From assembly GCA_963771465.1 (NCBI GenBank), contig CAVYTU010000014.1:256001-320000 (forward strand): a stretch of DNA of 64,000 nt, given 5' to 3'. The position numbers were made by a program, and so were the translations under genes. Position 1 is the first letter of the stretch. Each line of letters opens with the position of its first letter. This stretch comes from an uncultured delta proteobacterium (GTDB lineage Bacteria > Desulfobacterota > Binatia > UBA9968). Below the pieces are notes generated by a model. It did not search any database and was not told where the DNA came from. It saw only the letters and a program-made list of their open reading frames with translations. Positions 1 to 10,812 of this stretch are shown piece after piece.

Positions 1-557
1 AGAAACCGAACGACGGGTTTTGATAATAAAGCTGCACGACCCTTTCATGCGCAATCACTCCGAGGTCACTATCCGCTTCACAGATGGCTGTATCCATTCG
101 CCGACCGTCAGGCGAAAATATTCCAATCTCCTAACACACTTCCCGGCCCAAGTGTAACACCGACACCAGTCAGGCGGATTGATCCGCTGAGCAGCAGGTA
201 CATCTCTGTCGCAAGGTCGCCTTTCTCGAAGAGAACAGCGTTTTTTTTCATCGCCTTCCGAGTCATAAAAGGAATCAACGATTCCGTCGGGGGTTCCCCG
301 TGAGACGCTTCGTGGACCTTACTGATCAGTGCTCGCATCTGGCGCAGGCGGATAACATTTAGAGGCAGCAAAATCGTGTGAAGAATCAGCACCGGATAGA
401 GACGGCTCCCCACCGCATAAATGATGAACGCGACGTTACTCAGAATGGCGACGAACCTCAGGGGGATCATCATTTTCATGTAGAATGCGACAAAGACGAG
501 GACCGAAGCAAAGTAACCACTGAGCTCGACCCAACCCACGTTCGCTAGTAGCCCCAT
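1..557 (-). CDS. Membrane-anchored cyclic nucleotide-binding (Crp-like) domain protein; frameshift near 128, runs off the window
   Basis: Hydrophobic N-terminus, then LFEKGD..MYLLLSG..GSVLG; a shifted frame continues IGIFSPDGRRMDTAICEADSDL..LYYQNPSFGF to base 1. Confidence 0.8.
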
Positions 558-890
558 ATCTCCTCCTAGGCGGATGTCAGCGGCTGACTAGATAGGACGA
601 GACATCTGTCCGAAGTGCCAGAGCCTGAACAGGGTTTTCGCAGCCGCGCATGTTGCCAGTGCAGCATTGGCCAAGTGCTGACCTTGCAAGGGAGTTCACC
701 TCGGCGATAAGTTAGATTTGCTCGCCACGGAAAAATGGCCGTTCAACGAGTCGCTTTGCACTGAACATTGGTGACGACGAAGTCCACCCATGGGTCGATG
801 AACGTAGGCAAATGTAGGAAGCAAACGGGTCATAACCGGCATCGAGCGAAGCATCGTAAACGACTGGCGCAAAGGGGCGTCCGCTCGGTT

Positions 891-920
891 TTGCTTGCCA
901 AGGCAGCACGTTTGTATAAT
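891..920 (+). promoter_or_regulatory. Putative sigma70 promoter
   Basis: TTGCTT-N18-TATAAT ending 21 nt upstream of the ATG at 942. Confidence 0.5.
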
Positions 921-941
921 ACGTATGCCACAGGACGCACG

Positions 942-1874
942 ATGGTTTCACCAAAGCTACCATACCGGTTCGCCGTGGTGTCTGCGCTTCTCCTCTTCTG
1001 CAGCATTCTGAGCACCGGGACGATGGGTCAAACGCGGCCGCCATCCGATACAATTACTTTGGGAGTGGTTGCCGAGGCAAACGAGAACGCGGTGGAGAAG
1101 CATTTTCAGGAGTTTGTCGGGTACCTGGCGAAAAAACTTTCCTCCGATGGAAAGACGCAAGGCAGGGTCGTTGTAGTTGCCACGCAGTCTCGCCTGGCCA
1201 AGCTTCTCAGCGAGAGAAGGGCCGATTTTTATATGGAGAGTCCCCATCCGACGTATATCATCAACAGCGTATACGGAGCCGGCAAATTACTTCTCCGACG
1301 TTGGAAAGGCGGTATGGCCGATTACCATGCCCTAATTTTTACGCGCAACAACGGAGCAACCAAACGTTTGGAAGATCTGCAAGGAAAGATGATTGCGTTC
1401 GAAGATCCCGAATCGACCTCCGGTTACTTCTTGCCGAAGATGTTACTTTCGAAAAAGGGATTCAAGCTCGTGCAGATGAATCGAATCGAGCCCAAAGTCT
1501 CTCGCGGCGAACTCGGTTATGTTTTCGCCTCCACGCAGGACAAACTCGTGGATTGGGTTCTCAATGAACGAGTTGCCGCTGGCGCGTTTAGCAATGACGA
1601 TTATGCGGCGCTTCCGGACAGGAAAAAAACTGACATAACAATCCTAGCCGAGACTGCTAGTTTGCCGCGCCATCTTGTCTCGATTCGAAAGGATTTAGCT
1701 CCTGTGGTGGCGAATACTTTGAAAAAGATTCTGCTGTCGATGCATGAAGATCCCGAAGGGCAACGTATATTGCGACAAACCGACGGAACAACAAAGTTCG
1801 ACGCACTCCCAGGCGGCGAACTAGCAATAAGCCAACGGCTGCTCGATACCTTCTACGCTCCCGAAAAAAAGTAG
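942..1874 (+). CDS. Phosphate/phosphite/phosphonate ABC-type substrate-binding protein (PhnD-like)
   Basis: Signal peptide; DLQGKMIAFEDPESTSGYFLP motif; start refined to MVSPKL. Confidence 0.85.
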   Translation: MVSPKLPYRFAVVSALLLFCSILSTGTMGQTRPPSDTITLGVVAEANENAVEKHFQEFVGYLAKKLSSDGKTQGRVVVVATQSRLAKLLSERRADFYMESPHPTYIINSVYGAGKLLLRRWKGGMADYHALIFTRNNGATKRLEDLQGKMIAFEDPESTSGYFLPKMLLSKKGFKLVQMNRIEPKVSRGELGYVFASTQDKLVDWVLNERVAAGAFSNDDYAALPDRKKTDITILAETASLPRHLVSIRKDLAPVVANTLKKILLSMHEDPEGQRILRQTDGTTKFDALPGGELAISQRLLDTFYAPEKK

Positions 1875-2206
1875 CCCTAATGGTGGATACCGCGCGTAAA
1901 ATCCATCCACGTCTGACCAGATCGAACCCCCGCACCCACCCGATGAAAGCACCGCGGATTATGAGTGATGCTGATGATGCTTGCGGTTAATCCGGAATGG
2001 TGCACGATGCAGCGCACATCATATTGTTCGCCCAGCCAATGCTGCGTTGATTCTCATTTCTGATATTCGAGAGTTCCATTTCCGTCAGTTTTTGAGTTAG
2101 CGCCACAACATTCATGATAACTCATTTTTAGTTTTTCATACTCGCGACAGCACCTGCAATCGCGCAGCGATCCCGACACAGAAACTTGAGTCGTGCGGTT
2201 AACGGC

Positions 2207-2221
2207 GCAAAGTCGATGCCA
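2207..2221 (-). promoter_or_regulatory. Sigma54-type promoter with no clear downstream gene
   Basis: TGGCATCGACTTTGC (GG-N10-GC) on the minus strand. Confidence 0.4.
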
Positions 2222-2274
2222 AAAACTCATAGCGTGCAAAACTCTGGCGTCGGTTTCACGGTAAAAATGGCTCA

Positions 2275-3243
2275 TCACTCCCGCACCGCCGTCCAGCTTG
2301 AATCGGGATTGTACTCTTTGATGACCTTGGCAAGCGCCGCGGTATTGGGGCCAAGGTTTTTCTGAAAAACGCTGCCGTCATGATTGCCGATGAAAGTCAT
2401 CACCCCGGAGTTGCCATACTCTGCCGGGTAAGCCACCACGGCAAAGCCGCCAATCATTTTTCCTCTCCACATATAACTGTAAGCACCGCCTCCGGCGTTC
2501 TTTCCCTGCGCCGTCAACAATTTGTAAAAGTAACCATGGTAAGGCACCGGGGTTGAGGAAGTTTTTCCATGGTACCCTTCGCTCTTCGCCCGCGTCATGA
2601 TCGGACCGAGGGGGCTCTGCGGCTCGCCTTGCTTTGACTCCCAATATAACCCGTTCTTTTTCCCTGGATCGCTCAGGATCTTCTGAGCGTACTCGAGGAG
2701 TCCGTCGCGGTTGCGGTCTTTGATCGCATACTCGCGCTCCGCGTCGACGATGGCGAGCAGCACTTGTATCGCGCTCAGCTCGTTCTCGCCGATGCGGCGA
2801 TTCAAAATTTCTTCCTTGCCTTGAGCTGTGTCGAAAACCCAGGCGTTGCCCTTTTTTACCAGCGGAATGGGAAAGGGCCACTCCTGCCTACCGACGATCA
2901 AGATCATGCCTTGCTTTTGGGTCGCCAGTCGATTTTTTTCGTCGTAGGCCGCAACGAATCGTCCGCGCCTCTCTTTGTCGGCAACCGCGTCGCCCGAGAT
3001 CAATATTTCTTTGGCTTGAGCTCCGAAAATCGCCAGCAGTTCTTTGTCGTTATCACTGCGCGCTGCTGCTATCGCAGCTTTGACCGCCTCCTCCGCTGAC
3101 GAAAAGCTTTTTTGCTGCGCCGTCGCTGCGAAGGACAGGCTGAACGCCATCAGGACCGTGGCGACAACCAGGAGAGGTGTAATCAGCCACATAAAGCCGT
3201 CTGGTTTTGTCTCTACTCTCGCAAACTTCATTTTCCCCTCCAT
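2275..3243 (-). CDS. DUF2950 family protein
   Basis: WPFPIPLVK, EILNRRIGENE, PYHGYFYK and PAEYGNSGVMTF motifs; paired with DUF3300; start uncertain. Confidence 0.9.
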   Translation of the reverse strand: MEGKMKFARVETKPDGFMWLITPLLVVATVLMAFSLSFAATAQQKSFSSAEEAVKAAIAAARSDNDKELLAIFGAQAKEILISGDAVADKERRGRFVAAYDEKNRLATQKQGMILIVGRQEWPFPIPLVKKGNAWVFDTAQGKEEILNRRIGENELSAIQVLLAIVDAEREYAIKDRNRDGLLEYAQKILSDPGKKNGLYWESKQGEPQSPLGPIMTRAKSEGYHGKTSSTPVPYHGYFYKLLTAQGKNAGGGAYSYMWRGKMIGGFAVVAYPAEYGNSGVMTFIGNHDGSVFQKNLGPNTAALAKVIKEYNPDSSWTAVRE

Positions 3244-3311
3244 CCGAGCTTGTCGTAATCGTGCGCGTGGCTCGTGTTCATTGATGATCGCGAACATGTT
3301 CAACGTCGTAA

Positions 3312-4568
3312 TTACCGGCGTCGTCCCCCGCCACCACCTCCTCCTCCACGACCGCCACCACCACCCCCTCGGCCACCCCCACCGCCGCTAAAGCTTCCCC
3401 GGCTAGCGCTGCCGCGCTGGCTCGCGCGGCTTGCGGCGCTGCCGCCGCGATCGACGCCGCTGAAAGCGCCGCCGCGGCTTCCTGATCCGCCGCCGAAGTT
3501 GCTCGCGCCGCCGGGGCTACCTGCTCCGCCGCGGTCACCCAGTCCACCCTGTCCTCCGCGATCGCTAATATTCGCGCGATCGCTTACGCCGCCGCGCCCA
3601 AGATCCTGCCTTCCCTGTTCCGCGCGTCCACGAAACTGCTCTCGCGACCTAATCGCATCATTGGTGCTCGCACGGTTAAATTTCTGCGACGTTCCTTGGT
3701 CACGATAACTCACACCTTTGCGATTTTCGGGATTATGCTGCCATTTGCCCTGACCCCTTTGATTGACCTGCCCCCTATCCTGTAACTTCTGCTTGGCTTG
3801 GTCTCGGTTGATATTGCGATTGATATCGGTGTTGCGATTGACATCGATGTCGACATCCCCGCCATTCCAATTGCAATTGCCCCACGCATAGCCCCACGCC
3901 GCGCCCATGGCCATGCCTGCACCAAACCACATCATCGAGGAAGCGACGTAACCGGGTGGATAATAGTAGTACGGCGGATACGCTGGATACGGCCAAGCGC
4001 CGTATACAACTGTGGGGTTATACGTCGGCACGTAAACGACTTGGGGATTCGCGGGTTCTATCTTGATGATATTTTCCTCAACAATGACCGTTTGCTCTTT
4101 TGTGGTTTGGAGATTGCCGGATGCTTGAGCCTTGGCTCGCAAGCTCTGAATCGTATCCAGAACCTTTTTTTGATCTGCCAAAAAGGCGTCGCCCAGCTTC
4201 TGCGTCCAATCGAGCTTTTCGCTCATCATCGACAGCACCGGTGGAAAATTCACCAGGGATTTGACGCTGGCATCCCAGTCTTTCGCTTCGAGCGTCTTGG
4301 TCAACGCGTCGCCCTTAAGACTGGCGTTTTGTTTTGCCCAGCGTTCGGCCTGCACAACCTCGAGCGGATAGGTCGAGGCCATCAAGATCTGCGAAATCAG
4401 TGAGTCCGGGTAAAGCGCAATGGGTGCCAATATCTGCTCTAATTCTTCCGGTTTGAAGACGGCGCCATTGTTGGACTGCTGAGCGACAATTTCAGGTGGT
4501 ACCGCCAGTAGCATGATCAACAACCATGCCCATGAACGCATATACAGTTGTCTAGTTTCCATAGTCAA
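3312..4568 (-). CDS. DUF3300 family protein with Gly/Arg-rich tail
   Basis: LEQILAPIALYPDSL..ASTYPLEVV, WDASVKSL and VYVPTYNP motifs. Confidence 0.9.
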   Translation of the reverse strand: MTMETRQLYMRSWAWLLIMLLAVPPEIVAQQSNNGAVFKPEELEQILAPIALYPDSLISQILMASTYPLEVVQAERWAKQNASLKGDALTKTLEAKDWDASVKSLVNFPPVLSMMSEKLDWTQKLGDAFLADQKKVLDTIQSLRAKAQASGNLQTTKEQTVIVEENIIKIEPANPQVVYVPTYNPTVVYGAWPYPAYPPYYYYPPGYVASSMMWFGAGMAMGAAWGYAWGNCNWNGGDVDIDVNRNTDINRNINRDQAKQKLQDRGQVNQRGQGKWQHNPENRKGVSYRDQGTSQKFNRASTNDAIRSREQFRGRAEQGRQDLGRGGVSDRANISDRGGQGGLGDRGGAGSPGGASNFGGGSGSRGGAFSGVDRGGSAASRASQRGSASRGSFSGGGGGRGGGGGGRGGGGGGGGRRR

Positions 4569-4675
4569 TTTCTTTCCTTGACGCGATCATCCTCGTTTGA
4601 CATATCCCTCTAGCTTGGGTGATTTCAGGCAAGCCAATTTCTTTGCTACTTCACCCTGATGCGCCCAAAGTGAGC

Positions 4676-4897
4676 TGGGTGCCGCTTTGTTCGGGAGGCG
4701 TTGTCTTAAAAATCTCCGTGGTTAACCTCGTTGTACTAATCGCCGTCATCGCAATGCTGGCGCCCCCTGGCACAGCAGCCAGCGCCGCCGAGACCGTAAG
4801 TCCTCCCGCCCACGCAACCCGCGAGATCTGATTGAGCCGATCTTGGAGAACATCATTTCTGGAGTAGACGTCGACTCCGAGATCGTAAGCATACCGG
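4676..4897 (-). pseudogene. Startless fragment of a conserved hypothetical protein
   Basis: Open frame RYAYDLGVDVYSRNDVLQDRLNQISRVAWAGGLTVSAALAAVPGG..; in-frame TAA a few codons upstream and no start codon. Confidence 0.45.
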
Positions 4898-4953
4898 GAT
4901 TGCGTCTGTTACGCGTGATCGCCGAATGCCGGGACCGCCTATGCGAGTCGTAC

Positions 4954-5778
4954 CTAACCTTTATTACTTGCCGAACCTTTTTCTTGTTGAGATAGAGCCA
5001 TAGTGCCGCGCTCTCCCAAGACTCGATGGTAGCAGTCTAGGGCCAATTTTTTTCGGCCCGCAGAATTATCTTCATACCGGGAGCACTCGATCTTCGGCCG
5101 AACCGTCACCACAGCCTCGATGCTACGAAGCGATAACAACTTCCAAAAGTGAGGCAGAAAATCCATTTCATCATAGCAATAGATCAAATCTCGATTCGCC
5201 TTCGAGACCGCTTTATCGTCAACAGACTTGTATACGAGAGTTACCGGTAGGATGATCGAGCGATTGCGTAACGGCGCCGCTAGCGGTGCGGTTTGAAAGG
5301 GCAACATCCGTTCGCTATTGGTGGCGTGTCCTTCAGGGAACAGCAGGATACTCGCTCCTTCTTTTAGTTTTTTGCTCATTTCCGCAACCAGCAAGGCCAC
5401 TTGGTCCTTCTTCTGGCGGTTGACGAAAATCGTGCCGCATAAGGTTGTCCACAGACCGATCACCGGCCATTTTTTGACTTCCCGCTTGGATACGAACACC
5501 ACCGGAAAGATGCTGCCCAAAACAAACCCGTCGATATAGCCCAGATGGTTGCTGATGATGACGTGATCGCCTGCCTCGAGTTGTCCAGCATCGCCGACGA
5601 CCGTCACTCTGATATTAAGGATCGCGCTCAGGAGAAACGTAAGGCTGCGCGTCAGGCGGCTGATAATTACCCAGCGATTAGGCAGTCGCAGCACGCTGAT
5701 CCACAGATGCACGAGGACCAAGAAGCAGGAAAAAAATGTCCACAGGGAAACAATCGCAGCTAATTTAGCCCATCGCAT
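4954..5778 (-). CDS. Lysophospholipid (PlsC-like) acyltransferase
   Basis: NHLGYID (HX4D) and FPEG motifs; N-terminal TM segment. Confidence 0.9.
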   Translation of the reverse strand: MRWAKLAAIVSLWTFFSCFLVLVHLWISVLRLPNRWVIISRLTRSLTFLLSAILNIRVTVVGDAGQLEAGDHVIISNHLGYIDGFVLGSIFPVVFVSKREVKKWPVIGLWTTLCGTIFVNRQKKDQVALLVAEMSKKLKEGASILLFPEGHATNSERMLPFQTAPLAAPLRNRSIILPVTLVYKSVDDKAVSKANRDLIYCYDEMDFLPHFWKLLSLRSIEAVVTVRPKIECSRYEDNSAGRKKLALDCYHRVLGERGTMALSQQEKGSASNKG

Positions 5779-6152
5779 AGTTGAACCTTCGCAGCATACA
5801 CACAGGATCAAAAATTTCTGGGTAGTGTCTCAAAGTTGCCGTCCTCGAGTGTTTCTCTTCCTATAACTGATTGCAGACTTACCATGAAGATGTCGGACTG
5901 CTCCAGCAGGCCGCTGCGGGGCATCCAAGGAGAAAAGGCGATGAGATCAAATCCTAGAAACAAAGCCCAGCGCGTCGTCGGGATGACCATCCGGCCACAC
6001 AACTCTAGCACGATGTTTCCTTTTCCGCCAAACACGTTGACAAAGGACTTATTGCGTGACACACAAATTCATCATCGACTATCGCAATAGCCGTCAGCGC
6101 CGGTGATCATGGGGCGCGGAATGGTTGTCTGCAATACACCGGCACTGCAGGA

Positions 6153-7087
6153 TTGGTGGGACGGCAAGCCGAGATGATCGTCAACGACTACAAAGCCAAC
6201 GGTCGCCGGTCACTGGCTCGCCTTGAGGATGCCCTCGAACATTTACGAGAATTCTTCACTGACTACCGTGCGGTCGAGATCACCGGCGATAAAGTGACAG
6301 CGTATGTCACATCCCGCCAGGATGAAAAAGCTGCCGCCTCCACAATCAACACCGAGCTGGCCGCATTGTCGCGGATGTTCACCCTCGGCATTAGGTCGAA
6401 CAAGGTTGCGACCAAGCCGTACATCGGAAAGCTGGCGGTCAGCAACACCAGAAAAGGATTTTTCGAATGGGAGCAGTTTTCTCCCGTTCTCAAAAATTTG
6501 CCTGAAGACCTGCAACCCGCCATCGAGACAGCCTACATTACGGGCTGGCGCATTCACGACGAAATTCTTAGCCGCCAAAAACATCATGCTGACCCGAAGG
6601 GGAGCGGCTGGTTGCGGCTTGATCCGAGTGAAACCAAGAACGGGGAAGGCCGTAACTTTCCTTTCACGGCCCGGCTTGCGTGAAATCATCGAGCAGACAA
6701 CTGGAACATACCAAAGCGCTGGAAAAAGCGACGGGCCGCATCATCCCTTGGTTGTTTCATCGCGACGGTAAACCAATCAAGACTTTCCGGCGCTCCTGGC
6801 TCACAGCCTGCGTGAAGGCCGGGCTTGGAACAGAAATCAGAGTCAGCGGACGGCAAGCTGATCAAGAAAATCGGTAACTCGGGTTCCCCATGATTTTCGG
6901 CAGAACCGCCGTCCGCAATCTTGAACGCGCCGGTGTTTCCCGCAGCGACGCGATGAAAATGGTTGGCCACAAAACCGAATCGATTTATCGCCGCTACGCA
7001 ATATCCGATGAACGTTCCATGAGAGAATCCGCCGGCAAGCTCGACAAGTTTCACGCTGCTGATCAACGACAACAAAACTCAAAGTAA
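6153..7087 (+). pseudogene. Tyrosine recombinase/integrase, 5'-truncated with about three frameshifts
   Basis: AASTINTELAAL, YITGWR, ETKNGEGR, PHDF(R)RTAVRNL, VGHKT and IYRRY spread over three ORFs. Confidence 0.85.
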
Positions 7088-7120
7088 CTTGAAAGTGAAG
7101 TCAAGCTATATAATCGACAT

Positions 7121-7132
7121 GGGATTGAACCG
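7121..7132. repeat. Short copy of the tRNA-Phe T-arm sequence (possible att remnant)
   Basis: gggattgaaccg is identical to 8962-8973 and lies 34 bp after the integrase stop. Confidence 0.45.
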
Positions 7133-7163
7133 AACGACGCCTCAATAGATTCAGGTTGCGGCT

Positions 7164-7328
7164 CTAGCCGTCTCCGTTACCATTTGGTTCGTCACTCTCA
7201 AGAATATCATGTCCGCATTTCGAGCATTTTGGGACGCTACTCCCTTTTGGAACCAGGACCTCATGGTTGCATTTTTGGCAGCGGAGCTGTTTTTCTTCAG
7301 TCACCTCTTCACCCGCGAGAAAAAGCAT
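7164..7328 (-). CDS. Small zinc-ribbon protein
   Basis: CQKC-X14-CSKC; AGGAGG RBS before MLFLAGE. Confidence 0.7.
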   Translation of the reverse strand: MLFLAGEEVTEEKQLRCQKCNHEVLVPKGSSVPKCSKCGHDILESDEPNGNGDG

Positions 7329-7607
7329 AGGCACCTCCTGGTTTTCCAAAAATGTAAAGTCTGAACAGACCACATTGGCATTTGGTAGCCACCCCAATGG
7401 AGCCAATCGTTGTGTGAGCTTGATACCAGAGCGTGATTAAGAGTCAAACTCGAAATCGATTTCTGGCGCAGAGGCCAAAGATCGCCTCGGTTTTGATAAT
7501 CGACGCAACGGACAAATGTCACAGATTGAGTCGTAGGAGAATTTAGTTCAATCCTAGCTGCTAGCCCCGAAAAACTGATCTGAAAAATTGCCTTGCTCAA
7601 AACGAAT

Positions 7608-8594
7608 TTACTTGACCACCTTCGTCACCCGCATGAGCACGATCGGTGGAATCGTCAGGCCAAGCGCCTTGGCGGTTTTAAAATTGATCACTAGGTCAAA
7701 CTTCGTCGGCTGCTCGACGGGTAAGTCGGCTGGCTTGGCGCCTTTTAGAATTCTGTCAACGAAGTAAGCGGCGCGCCTGTAGTTTTCGTTCCGGTCAGGT
7801 CCGTAGGACATCAACCCGCCACTCGCGACAAAATCTTCTCGAGGATAAATCGCTGGCAAGTGAAATGTCGCTGCTATGTCCGCAATCTGTTTCTGGCTTT
7901 GAACAGCGAAGGTACTCGACGCCACGGCGAGAGCGGCGCTGCGCGCCTTGATCGCTTCTTTGAACGCGCTCTCGAGTTTGGCGGCGCTGCTTACTTCCAT
8001 GGAATGCAGTTGCAGACCCAGTTCGCGTGCCGGCAGTTGGCTTTCTTTCCATTGTTGTTGCCCAGAAGGACTTTGCGTATTCCATAGAACCGCAACGCGG
8101 GCGAGCTTGGGAATGGTATCCTTGAGGAGCTCAAGTCGCTTGCCGGCCAACACCGGCGCAATGCTGGTGAACCCCGTGATATTTCCCCCGGGCCGAGCCA
8201 AGCTGTCAACCAACCCTGCCTCAACAGGATCGGACACGTTGTAGAAGACGATGGGGATAGTCCGAGTAGCGTTCTTGAGAGCTAGGACTCCCTCCGTATT
8301 GGGCGTGAGGAGCACATCAACCCCCAGACGGACTAGTTCGTCAGCCATGGCGGCAAGACGGTCTTGATTACCCTCCCCATAGCGAACCTCAAATGTTATG
8401 TTCTTTCCTTCAGTGTAACCACGTGCACGGATCTCTCGCCTGAACAATTCGCGTCCATGTCCGAAGGTTGACGGGGAACCAGATGCGAGCCAGCCAAGCT
8501 TAGCTGCCTTCGCCTGCTGCTGCGCCTCGGCCATGACCGCAACAGTAAACAGTGCCACCGCAACCAGAATTGTTGGCACCTCAACTCTTTTCAC
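7608..8594 (-). CDS. ABC_sub_bind-type substrate-binding protein
   Basis: SLARPGGNITG, GGLMSYGP and KPADLPVEQPTKF motifs. Confidence 0.93.
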   Translation of the reverse strand: MKRVEVPTILVAVALFTVAVMAEAQQQAKAAKLGWLASGSPSTFGHGRELFRREIRARGYTEGKNITFEVRYGEGNQDRLAAMADELVRLGVDVLLTPNTEGVLALKNATRTIPIVFYNVSDPVEAGLVDSLARPGGNITGFTSIAPVLAGKRLELLKDTIPKLARVAVLWNTQSPSGQQQWKESQLPARELGLQLHSMEVSSAAKLESAFKEAIKARSAALAVASSTFAVQSQKQIADIAATFHLPAIYPREDFVASGGLMSYGPDRNENYRRAAYFVDRILKGAKPADLPVEQPTKFDLVINFKTAKALGLTIPPIVLMRVTKVVK

Positions 8595-8950
8595 TGCGCA
8601 CCTCAGTTCGAGCGTTATTTATCACGCTCGTGGAAATAAAGAAAAGTGTAATTTACGACGGAAAGCGCCGACGTTTCTTCGAGGAAAACAAAGAAATTTT
8701 GGCGTAGGACTGAACTGAACGACGTTACAGTTCCATTACATACAAAATGTAAAGCAGCAGACGCCCGGTTCGCTTCGGTCTAATTTCAGCGAATGCACCG
8801 CGCATCATTTGACTGAAAGATATTAGTCTAAATTTTGAAAACCCGATGAATTTTTTACTTCTGGCAAAGTAATGGCAAAGTAGACGGCGAAAATGCACTT
8901 CCGCAACGAGAGCAAAAATCTAACTGGTTGGATTTAAAGAAGTAAAAATG

Positions 8951-9023
<73 letters not shown>

Positions 9024-9041
9024 AAAATAAAGCGAACTTGG

Positions 9042-9070
9042 AATATTGCTTAAAAGCTGAGGGGAGTCAA
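9042..9070 (-). promoter_or_regulatory. Putative tRNA promoter
   Basis: TTGACT-N17-AATATT on the minus strand. Confidence 0.45.
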
Positions 9071-9078
9071 GATTTCGC

Positions 9079-10041
9079 CTAAATTCCGGAGAGATTTTCC
9101 ACTTGTCGTTCGACGAAGTCGATCACCTGACGCTCTAAACTGACGCCGTTTAACGCATTGATCTCTTGGATACCGGTGGGACTGGTCACGTTGACTTCGG
9201 TCAAGAAACTGCCGATCACGTCCAAGCCGACAAAATGCAAACCATCGGCGCGCAAAAGCGGCGCTAGCGCGGCGCAAATTTCTTGGTCGCGTGCCGTCAC
9301 CTCGGTCTTTACGCAGCTGCCGCCGACATGAATGTTGCCGCGCGTTTCAGACTCAAGCGGCACGCGCAGAACCGCGCCGAGCGGTTCACCATTTAAGACA
9401 ACGATTCGTTTATCCCCCTGGCGAATTTCCGGCAAATAACGCTGACCCATGACCAGCCGTCGGCCATTGTCGGTGGCCGCTTCCAAGATGGCGTTGGTAT
9501 TGCGGTCTTGCTCGTTTAAATAAAAAACCCCGCTGCCGCCGCAGCCGTCGAGCGGTTTGACAATCATCTCGCCGCCCAACTCGGTCATGAAAGTTCTCAA
9601 CTGTTCCATGTTGCCGCTCACCATGGTTTGGGGAATCTGCTCGGGAAAGCGCAAGGCGTAAAGTTTTTCATTCGCCTCGCGTAGCCCTTTTGGATTGTTC
9701 AAGACAAAACATTTGCGCTGATCGATCAAACTGAGCAAATGGGTGGCGAAAAAAAACTTCATGTCAAAGGGTGGATCTTTGCGCATCCACACGCTGGCGA
9801 AATCCTCCAGCGCGCCGGTGACCCATTCACCGAGTTGGTAGTGCGGCGTCGCCCGTGCCAGAGTCAGCCGGCGATAGCGGCCATGCACCGTGCCGGCGCG
9901 GATGAACATGTCGTCGAGCTCCATGAAATAAATTTCATGGCCGCGCCGCTGCGCTTCGAGCATCAATACGAATGTCGTATCCTTGTCGATGTTGATCTTG
10001 TCGACCGGATCCATCACGACGCCGATTTTTAGCTTTGCCAT
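9079..10041 (-). CDS. gshB: Glutathione synthetase
   Basis: VMDP..KDTT, RKDPPFD, NEKL and EVNVTSPTG motifs. Confidence 0.96.
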   Translation of the reverse strand: MAKLKIGVVMDPVDKINIDKDTTFVLMLEAQRRGHEIYFMELDDMFIRAGTVHGRYRRLTLARATPHYQLGEWVTGALEDFASVWMRKDPPFDMKFFFATHLLSLIDQRKCFVLNNPKGLREANEKLYALRFPEQIPQTMVSGNMEQLRTFMTELGGEMIVKPLDGCGGSGVFYLNEQDRNTNAILEAATDNGRRLVMGQRYLPEIRQGDKRIVVLNGEPLGAVLRVPLESETRGNIHVGGSCVKTEVTARDQEICAALAPLLRADGLHFVGLDVIGSFLTEVNVTSPTGIQEINALNGVSLERQVIDFVERQVENLSGI

Positions 10042-10062
10042 AAGGTTACCCGTCCGCAGGGT

Positions 10063-10764
10063 TTAATCTCTAACCACCCAGGTGCGCGCTAAGTAGTCAT
10101 GCCAGCCGCGCTTTTCGCCGCTCCAGATAATCCACAAGCAACTCAAACCGAAAGTCGCGCAGCCGAAACCGATCAAGCCGATGCAGCGCAAAAGAGCGCG
10201 GCGATAGGTGATCGCCATCTGCGCCGAATCAACAACGCGCAAACCGAGCAGCCATTTGCCGACGGTTTTGCCGTCTGAGCCATGAAACACGACAAAGTAA
10301 GCGGTCGCGAGAAAAATCCAGGCAAAGGTCAGAATCCCAAATAGCGGCGTAAGGTTATCCAATGAAACAAATCGTCCGTGCGCGGCCAAGCCAACTTTGT
10401 AGCCGACGTAGGCCATAACTCCCATCAGCGCCGAAAGCAAAACGATCGTGACTAAGTCGATAACGAAAGCCAGCATGCGGCGGAAAAAACCGCCGTAGGT
10501 AAATTCCGGCGCTGCTTCACTCGGTGCAAACACTGACGGCGCGAGCTCGGCGGCGTCTTTCCGCTCCGGGATACGCCAGTCAGCTTTTTCCACCGGCTCG
10601 ACAATTTCGCTTGGCTCCTCCAAAGTCAGCTTGAAATCCTCCGGGCGCGACGCGCCGAAAACGATCCGGCGATGCAATAATTTAGCGCCGCATCGTTCAC
10701 AGCGTTCGGCATCATCGGGCACCGGGGATTCGCAATTTTGGCAGTTCATAGCTCGATTAACCAA
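10063..10764 (-). CDS. RDD family membrane protein with N-terminal zinc ribbon
   Basis: CQNC/CERC; FFRRMLAFVID, GKTVGKWLLGLRVV and WHDYLART. Confidence 0.9.
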   Translation of the reverse strand: MVNRAMNCQNCESPVPDDAERCERCGAKLLHRRIVFGASRPEDFKLTLEEPSEIVEPVEKADWRIPERKDAAELAPSVFAPSEAAPEFTYGGFFRRMLAFVIDLVTIVLLSALMGVMAYVGYKVGLAAHGRFVSLDNLTPLFGILTFAWIFLATAYFVVFHGSDGKTVGKWLLGLRVVDSAQMAITYRRALLRCIGLIGFGCATFGLSCLWIIWSGEKRGWHDYLARTWVVRD

Positions 10765-10812
10765 TATTGACAGAAGTCATGCTAGAGAAAGCGCGCGGGC
10801 GACGCAAGCGGG

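Noticed and set aside
3274-3708. Proline-rich ORF
   Set aside because: It is antisense to the Gly-rich DUF3300 tail.
5808-6090. Two opposing 84-aa ORFs
   Set aside because: No recognisable motif or RBS; the region is probably a promoter or scar.
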